A stretch of 64,000 bases of DNA from the NCBI GenBank assembly GCA_050014495.1, contig JBEKDF010000009.1, positions 22,850 to 86,849 of the forward strand, written 5' to 3'. Source of the stretch: Candidatus Bathyarchaeia archaeon (GTDB lineage Archaea > Thermoproteota > Bathyarchaeia > TCS64). Below the pieces are notes generated by a model that saw only the letters and a list, made by a program, of their open reading frames with translations, was not told the DNA's origin and ran no database searches. Position numbers and translations under genes: made by a program. How positions within the stretch are numbered: position 1 is the first letter of the stretch; each line of letters begins with the position of its first letter. Below, one piece after another: positions 38,942 to 48,912 of the stretch.

Positions 38942-39910
38942 ATGGAGAAGCTCAAGTTCGGGTTCTACTGGGCAGCAAGTTGCGGAGGCTGCGAGATCGC
39001 CGTCCTGGACATCGACGAGAAGATACTCGATGTGATGCAGATCGCAGACATCGTCTTCTGGCCCGTAGCCATGGATGTGAAGTATAAAGACGTCGAGGCC
39101 ATGGCGGACGGCTACATGGATGTCTGCTTCTTCAACGGGGGCATACGCAACTCGGAGCAAGAACACCTAGCGAAGATGCTGCGCAAGAAGTCGAAGTACA
39201 TCGTTGCTTTCGGCGTTTGCGCCCAGCTAGGCGGAGTCCCCGGTCTCGCAAACCTCAGCAACAGGAAAGATATCTTCGAAAGGGTATATCACACAACGGA
39301 GTCGACGGACAACATCGCAAATACGGAGCCGCAGACCAAGCACACACTCCCCGAGGGTAGCTCCGAGATACCTGTCTTTCAGGAGACCGTCAAACCCCTA
39401 GACCATGTCATATCCGTCGACTACTATCTCCCCGGTTGCCCGCCGCCACCTAAACTCATCTTCAACGCAATCGACGCCATCGCGAAGGGCCAACTACCCA
39501 AGAAGGGCAGTATTCTCGCCCCTGAGCTCGCCGTCTGCGATGAATGCCCCAGGAAGAAGGAGGAGAAGAAGATATCCTCCATCAAGAGGATCATCGACTT
39601 CACACCCGAGCCAGAGAAGTGTCTGCTAGAGCAGGGACTCGTCTGCATGGGCCCAGCCACACGTGGGGGATGCGACGCGAAGTGCCTCGGCGCGAACATG
39701 CCCTGCACAGGCTGCGGAGGAGCATGCCCAGGAGCCATAGAGCAGGGATCAGCCATGATCAGCGCCCTCTCTACTGTTCTCGGCATCGACGACGAGAAAG
39801 GCGAGGGCTACGATGTAGACGCCGTAGTGGCGCAGCTGAAGGATCCCGTCGGGACCTTCTACAAGTACGCGTTACCAGCTTCAATTATAGGTAGGAGAAT
39901 CAAAAAATGA
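38942..39910 (+). CDS. mvhG: [NiFe] hydrogenase small subunit MvhG
   Basis: SCGGCE, FGVCA, LPGCPP and CMGPATRGGC. Confidence 0.92.
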   Translation: MEKLKFGFYWAASCGGCEIAVLDIDEKILDVMQIADIVFWPVAMDVKYKDVEAMADGYMDVCFFNGGIRNSEQEHLAKMLRKKSKYIVAFGVCAQLGGVPGLANLSNRKDIFERVYHTTESTDNIANTEPQTKHTLPEGSSEIPVFQETVKPLDHVISVDYYLPGCPPPPKLIFNAIDAIAKGQLPKKGSILAPELAVCDECPRKKEEKKISSIKRIIDFTPEPEKCLLEQGLVCMGPATRGGCDAKCLGANMPCTGCGGACPGAIEQGSAMISALSTVLGIDDEKGEGYDVDAVVAQLKDPVGTFYKYALPASIIGRRIKK

Positions 39911-41364
39911 AGACCATAACAATCGACCCCATCACGCGGCTAGAGGGCCATGGAAAGATCAGCATCTTCCTCAATGACCAGGGCAATGTGGAGAACGCCT
40001 ACCTACAGATTCCAGAGCTTCGCGGCTTTGAGAAGTTCTGTGAAGGTCGCAGAGCGGAGGATATGCCAATAATCACTCCCCGTATCTGCGGAGTCTGCCC
40101 CGTAGCCCACCATTACGCTGCAACTAAGGCACTGGACGCCTGCTTTAACGTCGAGCCAACCGAGACGGCGAAGAAGCTCAGGGAGCTGATGTATACTGGC
40201 TACATCATCTACGACCACACTCTCCACTTCTACTTCCTGGGAGGTCCAGACTTCGTCGTTGGCCCAGATGCTCCCCCCTCGGAGAGGAATATCTTCGGTG
40301 TCCTCAAGCGGGTAGGTCTCGACGTCGGCAGGGATGTGATAAAGCACCGTGCGTACGGACAGAGGATAACCGAGATCATCGGTGGGAAGGCGACTCACCC
40401 AACTTGTGGAGTCCCCGGCGGCATAAGTAAGGGACTCACCGAAGAGGAGAGAAACAAGATCGAGGAAATGGCGCGGAGCAGTGTGGAGTTCGCGAAATTC
40501 ACACTCAGCGTCTTCAATGACATAGTGCTCAAGAATAAGCAGTATGTTGACATGATCTTCAGCGACCCCTACCGCTTAGATGCCTACAACATGGGCCTAG
40601 TTGACGAAAATAACCACGTCAACTTCTATGATGGTGACATCAGAGTAACCGATCAGCAGGGTGAGGAGCTCGAACGATTCAAGGCTGCCGACTATCTCGA
40701 CCATATCGCCGAGCGTGTCGAGTCGTGGACCTACAGCAAGTTCACTTACCTTAAGAAGGTGGGGTGGAGGGGGCTCACAGCGGGGCCGGAGAGTGGTATA
40801 TACCGCGTCGGTCCATTGGGTAGGCTCAACGCGTCAGAGGGCATGGCAACGCCGCTGGCGAATGCGGAGTACAAGAGGATGTACGAGACTCTAGGCGGTA
40901 AGCCAGTCCAATCGACCCTCGCATTCCACTGGGCCCGCCTAGTGGAACTTCTATACGCAGCTGAGCGCTCCCTCGAGCTCAGTACCGACCCATCGATAAC
41001 AAAGTCCGACCTTCGTAACCCCATAGGGAAGCCCGGCGAAGGCATCGGGGTCGTCGAGGCCGCTCGCGGCACACTCTTCCACCACTACAAGCTCGACGAT
41101 GACGCGATGGTGAAGAAGGCGAACCTCATAGTGGCAACCACGAACAACTACGCTGACATCTGCTGTAGCGTCCGCGATGCCGCCAAGGGACTAATCAAGG
41201 GAGGCGAGGTGAACGACGGCCTCCTTAACAGAGTGGAGATGGCGTTCCGCGCATACGATCCCTGCTTCGGCTGCAGTACTCACAGCCTACCTGGTGAGGG
41301 GCCTCTCTCAGTCGAGGTCATCGGCGCAGACGGAAGCCTCGTAAAGAGTCTCAATAGGTACTAA
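39907..41364 (+). CDS. mvhA: [NiFe] hydrogenase large subunit MvhA (group 3c-like)
   Basis: [16 protein letters not shown] and DPCFGCSTH followed by a cleavable C-terminal extension. Confidence 0.94.
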   Translation: MKTITIDPITRLEGHGKISIFLNDQGNVENAYLQIPELRGFEKFCEGRRAEDMPIITPRICGVCPVAHHYAATKALDACFNVEPTETAKKLRELMYTGYIIYDHTLHFYFLGGPDFVVGPDAPPSERNIFGVLKRVGLDVGRDVIKHRAYGQRITEIIGGKATHPTCGVPGGISKGLTEEERNKIEEMARSSVEFAKFTLSVFNDIVLKNKQYVDMIFSDPYRLDAYNMGLVDENNHVNFYDGDIRVTDQQGEELERFKAADYLDHIAERVESWTYSKFTYLKKVGWRGLTAGPESGIYRVGPLGRLNASEGMATPLANAEYKRMYETLGGKPVQSTLAFHWARLVELLYAAERSLELSTDPSITKSDLRNPIGKPGEGIGVVEAARGTLFHHYKLDDDAMVKKANLIVATTNNYADICCSVRDAAKGLIKGGEVNDGLLNRVEMAFRAYDPCFGCSTHSLPGEGPLSVEVIGADGSLVKSLNRY

Positions 41365-41510
41365 TTTTTTTTGGCTCCGACTACCTCAAAGCGAAGAAGT
41401 CGACGGTGAAAGAGGCTCATCTTTACGAGGCATCCGACAAGGTATAGAAGTTAGCGCAAGCATGAATGTGAGACAAGACCTTTAGAGGCGGACGGGTTTG
41501 ATTTCTATTC

Positions 41511-41966
41511 ATGAGAACCCTGGTCATCGGAGTTGGCAACCTTCTGAGGACCGATGACGGGGTTGGAATCCACATAATCAAGGAGCTAAACGAGTTACAC
41601 CCAGATGTTGACACCGTCGACGCTGCTATGGGGAGTGTGGAGATACTAGAAGCCATGAAAGGATATGACCGTGTCATCATCGTCGATGCTATCGAGACAG
41701 GTGCAGAGGCGGGCACAATCTTTAGTGTTAACATCACACAAGGTGAGGATCCCCCCAAGATCACGTACAGCCACGGCACTGATCTGATTACTATTTTACG
41801 CCTCGGACACCAGCTCTACGGCGAAGAGATGCCCAAGGAGATCATTCTCCTCGCCATAGAAGCTCAAGACACAACCACCATCGGAGACGAACTCACAGAA
41901 AAGGTGCAGAGCGCGGTCAAAAAAACAATCAAAACCATACTCACTCTTCTAACGACGAATCGATAG
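41511..41966 (+). CDS. Hydrogenase maturation protease
   Basis: IGVGNLLRTDDGVG, IIVDA and SHG. Confidence 0.92.
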   Translation: MRTLVIGVGNLLRTDDGVGIHIIKELNELHPDVDTVDAAMGSVEILEAMKGYDRVIIVDAIETGAEAGTIFSVNITQGEDPPKITYSHGTDLITILRLGHQLYGEEMPKEIILLAIEAQDTTTIGDELTEKVQSAVKKTIKTILTLLTTNR

Positions 41967-42092
41967 ATGATTGATAGAGCTATTTGGAACCTATCCGTAT
42001 ATCAAGAAGCTCGGATACAACCTTTGAAAGTTTTTAATGTTGTGAAGAATACTTCTAAAACATTATTAACCCTACCACTCCTCCCTTTAAGT

Positions 42093-42524
42093 ATGGTCAA
42101 GCTAGAAGGATTCAATTTTCCCGAAGACCTCTACTATCACCGCGAGCATATGTGGGTCAAAGTCGAGGGTGACAAGGTGCGTGTTGGTTACAACGACTGG
42201 GCCCAAAAGGCGGCAGGTAAGCTACTTAGCCTCAAGACGAAGCGACCAGGCGCCCCTGTCGAGATGGGGAAAACACTCGGCAGCATCGAGTCCGGTAAGT
42301 GGGTCGGCAGCCTCAAGGTCCCCGTAAGCGGTGAACTAGTGCAGCTGAACGAAGATGTCCTTAAGACCCCTAACCTCATCAACAGCGACCCCTACGGAAA
42401 GGGTTGGGTTGCTATAATTAAGCCCTCCAAGCTTCAGGACGAGCTAAAGACTCTGATCAGTGGAAAAGACACCGCTGGTCTAGAGGCTTGGCTCAAGGAA
42501 GAGCGGGCCAAGGCGAAGCAATAG
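42093..42524 (+). CDS. GcvH-like lipoyl-carrier protein (LbpA-like)
   Basis: YHREHMWV, ESGKWVG lipoyl-Lys motif and N.DPYGKGW; no gcvP/gcvT nearby. Confidence 0.88.
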   Translation: MVKLEGFNFPEDLYYHREHMWVKVEGDKVRVGYNDWAQKAAGKLLSLKTKRPGAPVEMGKTLGSIESGKWVGSLKVPVSGELVQLNEDVLKTPNLINSDPYGKGWVAIIKPSKLQDELKTLISGKDTAGLEAWLKEERAKAKQ

Positions 42525-42536
42525 GCGGATGAGACT

Positions 42537-43628
42537 ATAGAGAACTGGCGCCTCATCGATATGGGCCACCCCGAACCCCTAATAGCTCAGACCTTCTATG
42601 AATCCGTCGCCGAGGCAGTGGAGAAGGGATCAAGCCCTAATACCCTCATCATGCTCCAGCCTGGAGCGCCGTACGCTTGCGTCGGATATCATCAGGACAT
42701 TGAGAAAGAGATAGATCTCGAATACTGCCGTAGCATTGGTCTCCCAATCATTCGAAGGAGCCAGGGTGGGGGTGCAACCTATCTAGACGGTAACCAGGTT
42801 TTTTATCAAATAGTAGCCAAAAATACAGAGGCATATCCCCCCACTGTCGATGCGATGTTTAAAAAGCTGTTAGCGGTCACAGTCGAGACCTACAGACGTC
42901 TCGGTGTTCCTGCAGAGTTTAAACCGCTGAACGATGTAGTCGTCAAAGGTAAAAAGATCAGTGGAAATGGTGCCAGCATGAATGGGTCGACTTCCATCTT
43001 GGTCGGCAATATCATCCTCGATATGAACTACGACATGATGGCCCGCGTACTCAGGGTCCCCGACGAGAAGTTCCGTGACAAAATGGCTAAAAGTATGAGG
43101 GAGTGGGTGAGCAGCCTTAAGCGCGAGTTGCCTAACCCGCCAGACGGGGAGGAGGTCAAACGAGTCTACACCAAAACCTTCCAAGATCTCCTAGGGGTCC
43201 AGCTAACCAATGCGGAGCCAACTGCGGAGGAGTGGCGGATCTACGATACTGAGACCAAGCCGCGAAACCAGAGTCGTGAATGGCTCTACATGGAGGCCCC
43301 CTATTCTACGCGCAAACCCGGCAGGGCAGTGAAGATAGCCCACGAGGTCAAGATCGTTGAATCGGATTATAAAGCGGGTAAACTCATCCGTGTGAGAGCT
43401 GAGATGAAGGGTGAAGAGATACTCGACTTAAGGATAACCGGTGATTTCTTCTCGATTCCTAAGGAGGCTATATTCCACCTTGAGGAAGTCCTACGGGGCA
43501 TTCATTTAGACGAAGCGTTACTCCGTTCGGAGATAGGACAATTCTATGCGAAGGAGAAACCTGAGATCCCCGGTGTAAGCCCAGAGGACATGGTCCAGGC
43601 CATATTGAAGATCAAAACAATGCTCTGA
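42537..43628 (+). CDS. lplA: Lipoate-protein ligase (LplAB-type)
   Basis: WRLID, RRSQGGGATY, NDVV..KKISG and a C-terminal accessory domain (ITGDFF); start uncertain (ATA 42537 or ATG 42561). Confidence 0.88.
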   Translation: MENWRLIDMGHPEPLIAQTFYESVAEAVEKGSSPNTLIMLQPGAPYACVGYHQDIEKEIDLEYCRSIGLPIIRRSQGGGATYLDGNQVFYQIVAKNTEAYPPTVDAMFKKLLAVTVETYRRLGVPAEFKPLNDVVVKGKKISGNGASMNGSTSILVGNIILDMNYDMMARVLRVPDEKFRDKMAKSMREWVSSLKRELPNPPDGEEVKRVYTKTFQDLLGVQLTNAEPTAEEWRIYDTETKPRNQSREWLYMEAPYSTRKPGRAVKIAHEVKIVESDYKAGKLIRVRAEMKGEEILDLRITGDFFSIPKEAIFHLEEVLRGIHLDEALLRSEIGQFYAKEKPEIPGVSPEDMVQAILKIKTML

Positions 43629-43630
43629 TC

Positions 43631-45136
43631 TCAGCTGTGGAGCTTGATTCGAGCCTCGGCGGAATCCAATTTCTGCAGTGCTTCCCTAATTCTTTCTAGT
43701 CTTTCCGAGTGACGCTTCTCTTGCTCTGTTAGACTTTTCTTCCTATTTGCAATCATCTTTCTTACCGATTCCGGGGCTGGTCCACCAGTCGTGCTTCTCC
43801 CCAGCAGGTTTTGGTTAAGATCGAGAGCCGAGGTCAATTCCTCGATTGAGACGTCGATCCTCCTACCAATAATCTTCTCGGAGGCTTTTGCTATCATTTC
43901 TGGGCCTATCTCTTCCGCATTCTTTTCCTCCTCTAATGCCTTTATTACAACTTCTACGATGATATCGTGTGCTTGGCGGAAGCTGATGCCATGGTTTCTC
44001 ACGAGGGTGTCAGCGAGGTCGGTTGCTGTGGTGAAGCCCTTTCTTAGGTTCTTAAGCATCACGTCCCTCTTCGGGGTGAGAGTTGCAACGGCTCCCGCCA
44101 TCACCTTCGTACTTCCCACGGCCGTGTCTAGAGCCACAGGTTCGAGTAGTATCCTGTCGACGGTATTCGTGTATGTGACACCCTTGACTGAGGCTACCGT
44201 AGAGACTAGGTTTCCAATCGACTCAGCTGAGTAACTCTTAATGTATTCAAACTCAAGGGGATTCTTCTTTTGTGGCATGATGCTGCTCGTCCCTGCGTAT
44301 GCCTCGTCGATGTCGATCATGTTGTACTCGTCACTGCTCCAGATCTGGAGATCCTCTGAGAGGCGCCCGATCTGCGTCAGATGGATTGCGATGGCTGAAG
44401 CAAGCTCGATGACGTAGTCGATGGTGGCTACTGCGTCGGTACTGTTCTCACAAAGGCCATCGAAACCTAGGTACTCCCTCATCTTCTCCCGGTTGACGTC
44501 CCAGCTTGTCCCAGCGAGGGCAGCAGCCCCCATGGTGCTCAGGTTCGTTCGATTGTAGACACCCTCAAGCCGCTCCACAGTGCGTGCGGCTGCTTCTACG
44601 TGGGCGAGGATGTAGTGAGCGAGCGTCACGGGTTGAGCTTGTCTGATGTGTGTGTAGCCCGGCATGAGTGTCTCGACATTATCCTCCGCTTTCCCGATGA
44701 GTAGTCTCTGGAAATCGATGACTGCTCCTATGAGTCTCTCCGTCTGGTCCCTATAATAGATGCGGCGCTGGGCATGTCCCATATCGTTTCGACTCCTGCC
44801 GATGTGCATCTTTCCACCGACCTCACCCACTAGTTTGATGAGCGCGGTCTCCGTGGACATGTAACCGACGAGGGAGGCGTCCATTGTAGCCGCTTTCTCA
44901 ACGGCATTGATCCCCTCGAGGATCCTACTAGTCTCCTCAGCTGTGATTATTTTCTGCTCCTCTAGCATGATGGTGTGGGCGCGGTGAATGAGGACTTGAC
45001 CATAGTAGCTGGCTACATCGAAGCTCTGGGGGTTTCGCCTCCCCTTGTTGAGTTCCGTGATCGACTCCGCCTCGGTTTTCTTCGCTCTGCCGAACCTCTC
45101 CCAGTCCGTCTTCGGATGCTCACCCATAGTAATCAA
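43631..45136 (-). CDS. Argininosuccinate lyase-like (fumarase superfamily)
   Basis: H.GRSRND, MPGYTH..AQP, GAAALAG and GTSSIMPQKKNP. Confidence 0.85.
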   Translation of the reverse strand: MITMGEHPKTDWERFGRAKKTEAESITELNKGRRNPQSFDVASYYGQVLIHRAHTIMLEEQKIITAEETSRILEGINAVEKAATMDASLVGYMSTETALIKLVGEVGGKMHIGRSRNDMGHAQRRIYYRDQTERLIGAVIDFQRLLIGKAEDNVETLMPGYTHIRQAQPVTLAHYILAHVEAAARTVERLEGVYNRTNLSTMGAAALAGTSWDVNREKMREYLGFDGLCENSTDAVATIDYVIELASAIAIHLTQIGRLSEDLQIWSSDEYNMIDIDEAYAGTSSIMPQKKNPLEFEYIKSYSAESIGNLVSTVASVKGVTYTNTVDRILLEPVALDTAVGSTKVMAGAVATLTPKRDVMLKNLRKGFTTATDLADTLVRNHGISFRQAHDIIVEVVIKALEEEKNAEEIGPEMIAKASEKIIGRRIDVSIEELTSALDLNQNLLGRSTTGGPAPESVRKMIANRKKSLTEQEKRHSERLERIREALQKLDSAEARIKLHS

Positions 45137-45216
45137 GTAGAAAACCTCGCAACCACGGTTTAAAACAGCGCGTTGAGGGTTAGTCTTAAAGGCTACAATC
45201 TCACTTCGCTCATATA

Positions 45217-45831
45217 ATGCCCTACGATTTCAACTATGACCTATCTGGTATACCAAGATCCTTCTTTAGGGAGCTGGTCAGGGTCGCGGAGCAGAGGCAG
45301 CTACATAAGAGGCTGGGGATGAGGGCGAGGACCCTGGCTAAGACCTTTAAGCTGAGCGAGGCGACGGGACTCGATGTCCAAAATCTCCTAACGATAATCG
45401 AGGATCTCGTCGACGTCCAGATACTAAACGCTAGGCAGAGAGATACATTTGCTAAGACTGAGAGGAGGGCGCTCTTCCTCCCACACTGCTCGAGGAAACA
45501 CATGGACGGGAGCTGCAAGGCCCAATTTGATGCGACCGTTCCGTCTTACAGCTGTGCTCATTGTTCCAGTGACTGTCTCGTGAGTAAGGCCACAACACTG
45601 GGGGAGGAGAAAGGGTACGCCGTCTTTGTGGTTCCGGGTGGCTCCTGCATACCCGGTATCATCAAGAAGAGCAGCTTCGAAGGCATCGTTGGTGTCGCGT
45701 GCGGTCAGGAGTTGATTCCAGCGTACGAGATGACGAAGAGAGTGGGGCTACCGACTCAGGCAGTCCCCCTGATCAAGAATGGCTGCGCCAACACTGTCTT
45801 CAGCTACCAGGTTCTCGAGGGCACACTCTAG
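45217..45831 (+). CDS. DUF116-family Cys-rich protein
   Basis: FLPHCSR, CAHCS.DC, VPGGS, GVAC..EL and PL..NGC..T. Confidence 0.82.
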   Translation: MPYDFNYDLSGIPRSFFRELVRVAEQRQLHKRLGMRARTLAKTFKLSEATGLDVQNLLTIIEDLVDVQILNARQRDTFAKTERRALFLPHCSRKHMDGSCKAQFDATVPSYSCAHCSSDCLVSKATTLGEEKGYAVFVVPGGSCIPGIIKKSSFEGIVGVACGQELIPAYEMTKRVGLPTQAVPLIKNGCANTVFSYQVLEGTL

Positions 45832-45878
45832 GTCCAAAAAAGTTACTAACCATCAGTATCTCCTTATAGCCGATATTT

Positions 45879-46758
45879 ATGTTAGCTGAGAAGAAGTTTC
45901 GGGTCGGGGATGCTACCATCAACTACGCTGAGGGGCCAAAGGTGGGACCCCCCGATGGTTCTAACGCATGGTCTAACGGATAGATGGCAGTACTATCTGC
46001 CGGTGATGCCGTGGCTTATTATGAGGTGGCATACCTATGCCCTAGACTTTCGGGGGCATGGGCGCTCGAGTCGGACTCCCCCTTACAGGTACCGTGATCA
46101 CATCTATGACACAATTGCATTCATAGATGGTTGTGTCCAGGAACCCGTTGTTCTCTTTGGTTCCTCTATGGGTGGGATGGTAGCCCTAATGGTCGCTGCG
46201 AGTCGGCCCGACCTCGTCAAGGCGGTCATCTTCGGGGACTCGAGTGTTAAGACAGATAGGACGCGGGAGGTGATGCGAGACTTTCATAGCTATTGGGAGG
46301 GGTGGAAGAGGCTCGCCGGCTTTCAGGGCCAATTCAGTGAGTTCGTTAGGCTCGTCTCGGAGATGCCTGTCAGCGTACCTGGGCAGGGAAAGCGCACATA
46401 TGGTGAGGGCCTCGACTCCATCGCCATCATGAATAAGGCTAACTACCTCAGGTGCCTCGACCCGGCAGTTCTCACCGATTGGGCTGCGGGTGCCGAGGAT
46501 GATGAGGCATTTAGGAGGGTCATAGATGGGTACGAGCATGAGCGTCTCAGGGACATCAAGTGCCCAGTCCTCCTCATTCAAGGTAACCCGAAGAAGGGTG
46601 GTATCTTCACCGATGAGGCCGTCGACTATGCGAAGGCGAATATTAAGGACAGCTACCACATCTATATACCGGAGTACGACCATAACCTCGGCCTGTACAA
46701 TTGGGACACGGGGAAGCTCCTACAGGCTATCAGCGTCTTCTTAGAGTCACTAAGATGA
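45879..46758 (+). pseudogene. Alpha/beta hydrolase with a +1 frameshift in a C6 run
   Basis: MLAEKKFRVGDATINYAEGPKVGP (from 45879) joins PMVLTHG...DFRGHG...GSSMGG only if one C is removed at 45948-45953. Confidence 0.7.
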
Positions 46759-46811
46759 ATGACCCAAAGCTTATTTCAACCTCTAGATTCTCATCTCATT
46801 CGGTCCTATCC

Positions 46812-47312
46812 TTGGAGTTCATGGATGTTGTTAGGAAGAGGAGAAGTGTCAGGAAGTACAAGCCAACCCCAGTACCGAAGGCTGATATCGAGTACGTGCT
46901 CGAGGCGGCGAGGCTCGCGCCATCGTGGGGAAACAGGCAGTGTTGGAGGTACATAGTAGTTACCGACGAAGCGACTAGAAAAAAGATCACTATGACGGAT
47001 TGGGCAGCGAATGCACCCGTCGTCATCGTAGGATGTGGAGACCCGTCGAAGGCTGGGAACAGGGATGGGAAGCCATACTATATGCTCGACATGGGAATAA
47101 GCATGGAGCATCTCTGCCTCGCCGCGGCTGAAAGGGGTCTAGGCACCTGCTGGCTCGGTGGACAAATTGATGAGGGGATAGTCAAGAAGGAGCTCGGCAT
47201 CCCGGATAGCCACAGGGTCGTCGCTCTCACACCCCTCGGCTACCCCGACGAATCACCAGCAGTCAAGGAGCGGAAGCCGATGGCTGACATGGTCTCCTGG
47301 GAGAAGTGGTGA
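46812..47312 (+). CDS. Nitroreductase-family protein
   Basis: RRSVRKY, APSWGNRQCW, GLGTCW and LGYP. Confidence 0.92.
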   Translation: MEFMDVVRKRRSVRKYKPTPVPKADIEYVLEAARLAPSWGNRQCWRYIVVTDEATRKKITMTDWAANAPVVIVGCGDPSKAGNRDGKPYYMLDMGISMEHLCLAAAERGLGTCWLGGQIDEGIVKKELGIPDSHRVVALTPLGYPDESPAVKERKPMADMVSWEKW

Positions 47313-47406
47313 CAGCGTTCCCACCGCGCAGAACGATTTATCTACGTGGCGTCTATCAATCCCAATAATCTAGCGGCCCGCTACTCGGGCCGGTGGGGAT
47401 CACACC

Positions 47407-48792
47407 ATGCCTGATGTAAGCGGTTGGGTAAACGAGCTCGAGAAATTCATCTTCCAGAGGATGACTACGTCTGGAATTGTGGGTCTTAGTATAGCCACGA
47501 TTAAGGACGGGGTGGTCAATTACCAGAGGGGCTTTGGGTTCCGGGACTTCGAGAAGGGTACAAGCGCAACGCCTGAGACTATCTACTGCATAGGGAGTGT
47601 GACAAAGAGCTTCACTGCCCTCGCGGTGATGCAGCTCTGCGAGGCTGGGAAGCTGAGTTTGGATGACCCCATCGAGAAGTGGCTTTCCTTCATGGAGAGG
47701 CCAATGGGTGAGAAGATACTCATCAGGCATCTACTGAGTCATACTAGTGGACTATCTGCTCTAGGCTACGCTGAGGCAACACTCGCCGCCATAACTGAGA
47801 CACCCGACATCTGGTTACCTATCTCAAATTCTCGCGACCTACTGGTCTTCATGAGGGGAGCGGAGGAGTGGGCGATATCTAAGCCCGGAGAGAGGCACGC
47901 GTACCTAAACGAGGGATATATTCTTCTGGGGGCGCTGATAGAGGAGACCTCTGGACAGAGCTACGCAGACTACGTCAAAGAGAAGATTCTGTTACCCCTC
48001 CATATGTACAGGAGTAGCTTCACCGAAGACGACGTCAAGGACGATGAAGACCTCGCTGTCCCATATGTGACCAATAGGAACGGGGGGAAGGTTGCGACGA
48101 GGTACCCTTATGGGCAGATGATAAGCGATGGGGGGCTCATGAGTAACGCCCTCGATATGGCGAATTATTTGAGAATGCTGCTAGGACTCGGCGCCTTCGA
48201 TGGGCACAGGCTCGCGAGCGAGGAGTCGATAGGGGAGCTGATGTCGCCGAAGATCAGGATGCTTGACGAGCCCATAGAGGGGGAGGAATGGAGGTACTAT
48301 GGCTACGGGCTTAGGATCAAGGATGGCTTCCTTGGGCACCGCCTCGTTCAGCACAGCGGAAGCGTATTTGGCTCAAGCGCCTACATTAACTTCGTTCCTG
48401 ATCTTGGTTGCGGTGTCGCTATCCTGGCGAACGGCGGCTACTACCTCGAGGACATCGGTGAATATGCTGTGGCCCTCTTGATGGGGAGGAGTCCGCTGGA
48501 GATCACTAGCTTCAGAAGGGGGAGGATATTGGATGGACTCACGGGGGCTTACAAGACCTTCAAGGATACTTCCTCGTATAGAGTGGTGAGGAGTGGAGGA
48601 ATTTTGCAGCTGGAGCAGAGGTGGGGTGAGAGGACGTTCACCACGCCTATGATCCCAGTGGACATCGAGGGGGAGACGAAGTCTTTCAGGACTTTTGGGG
48701 TCGACACCACGACGCCAGCGCTCTTCGTTTCACGAGGAGGGGAGACGTACCTCGTATATGAGAGGACTCTAGCTAAGAGGATCGAGGGTTAA
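47407..48792 (+). CDS. Serine hydrolase, beta-lactamase/D-aminopeptidase family
   Basis: GSVTKS (SxxK), LLSHTSG, YLN and HSG. Confidence 0.9.
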   Translation: MPDVSGWVNELEKFIFQRMTTSGIVGLSIATIKDGVVNYQRGFGFRDFEKGTSATPETIYCIGSVTKSFTALAVMQLCEAGKLSLDDPIEKWLSFMERPMGEKILIRHLLSHTSGLSALGYAEATLAAITETPDIWLPISNSRDLLVFMRGAEEWAISKPGERHAYLNEGYILLGALIEETSGQSYADYVKEKILLPLHMYRSSFTEDDVKDDEDLAVPYVTNRNGGKVATRYPYGQMISDGGLMSNALDMANYLRMLLGLGAFDGHRLASEESIGELMSPKIRMLDEPIEGEEWRYYGYGLRIKDGFLGHRLVQHSGSVFGSSAYINFVPDLGCGVAILANGGYYLEDIGEYAVALLMGRSPLEITSFRRGRILDGLTGAYKTFKDTSSYRVVRSGGILQLEQRWGERTFTTPMIPVDIEGETKSFRTFGVDTTTPALFVSRGGETYLVYERTLAKRIEG

Positions 48793-48912
48793 CAGACACG
48801 TTTTGATTGCGTATAAATTATTAGAGAAAATTGACCTGCTTCCAGGCCTTTATTTTTTTGTTCATCTGGTAGCTGTTTTATTCCTCGACGATGTCAACTT
48901 TCCTTGGTCTAA

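Noticed and set aside
18366..41364. Methanogenesis or selenocysteine use inferred from hdr/mvh
   Set aside because: No mcr/mtr in the window; all expected Cys positions are Cys codons, with no in-frame TGA
42093..42524. Glycine cleavage system
   Set aside because: Only the H-like protein is present; gcvP, gcvT and lpd are absent from the window
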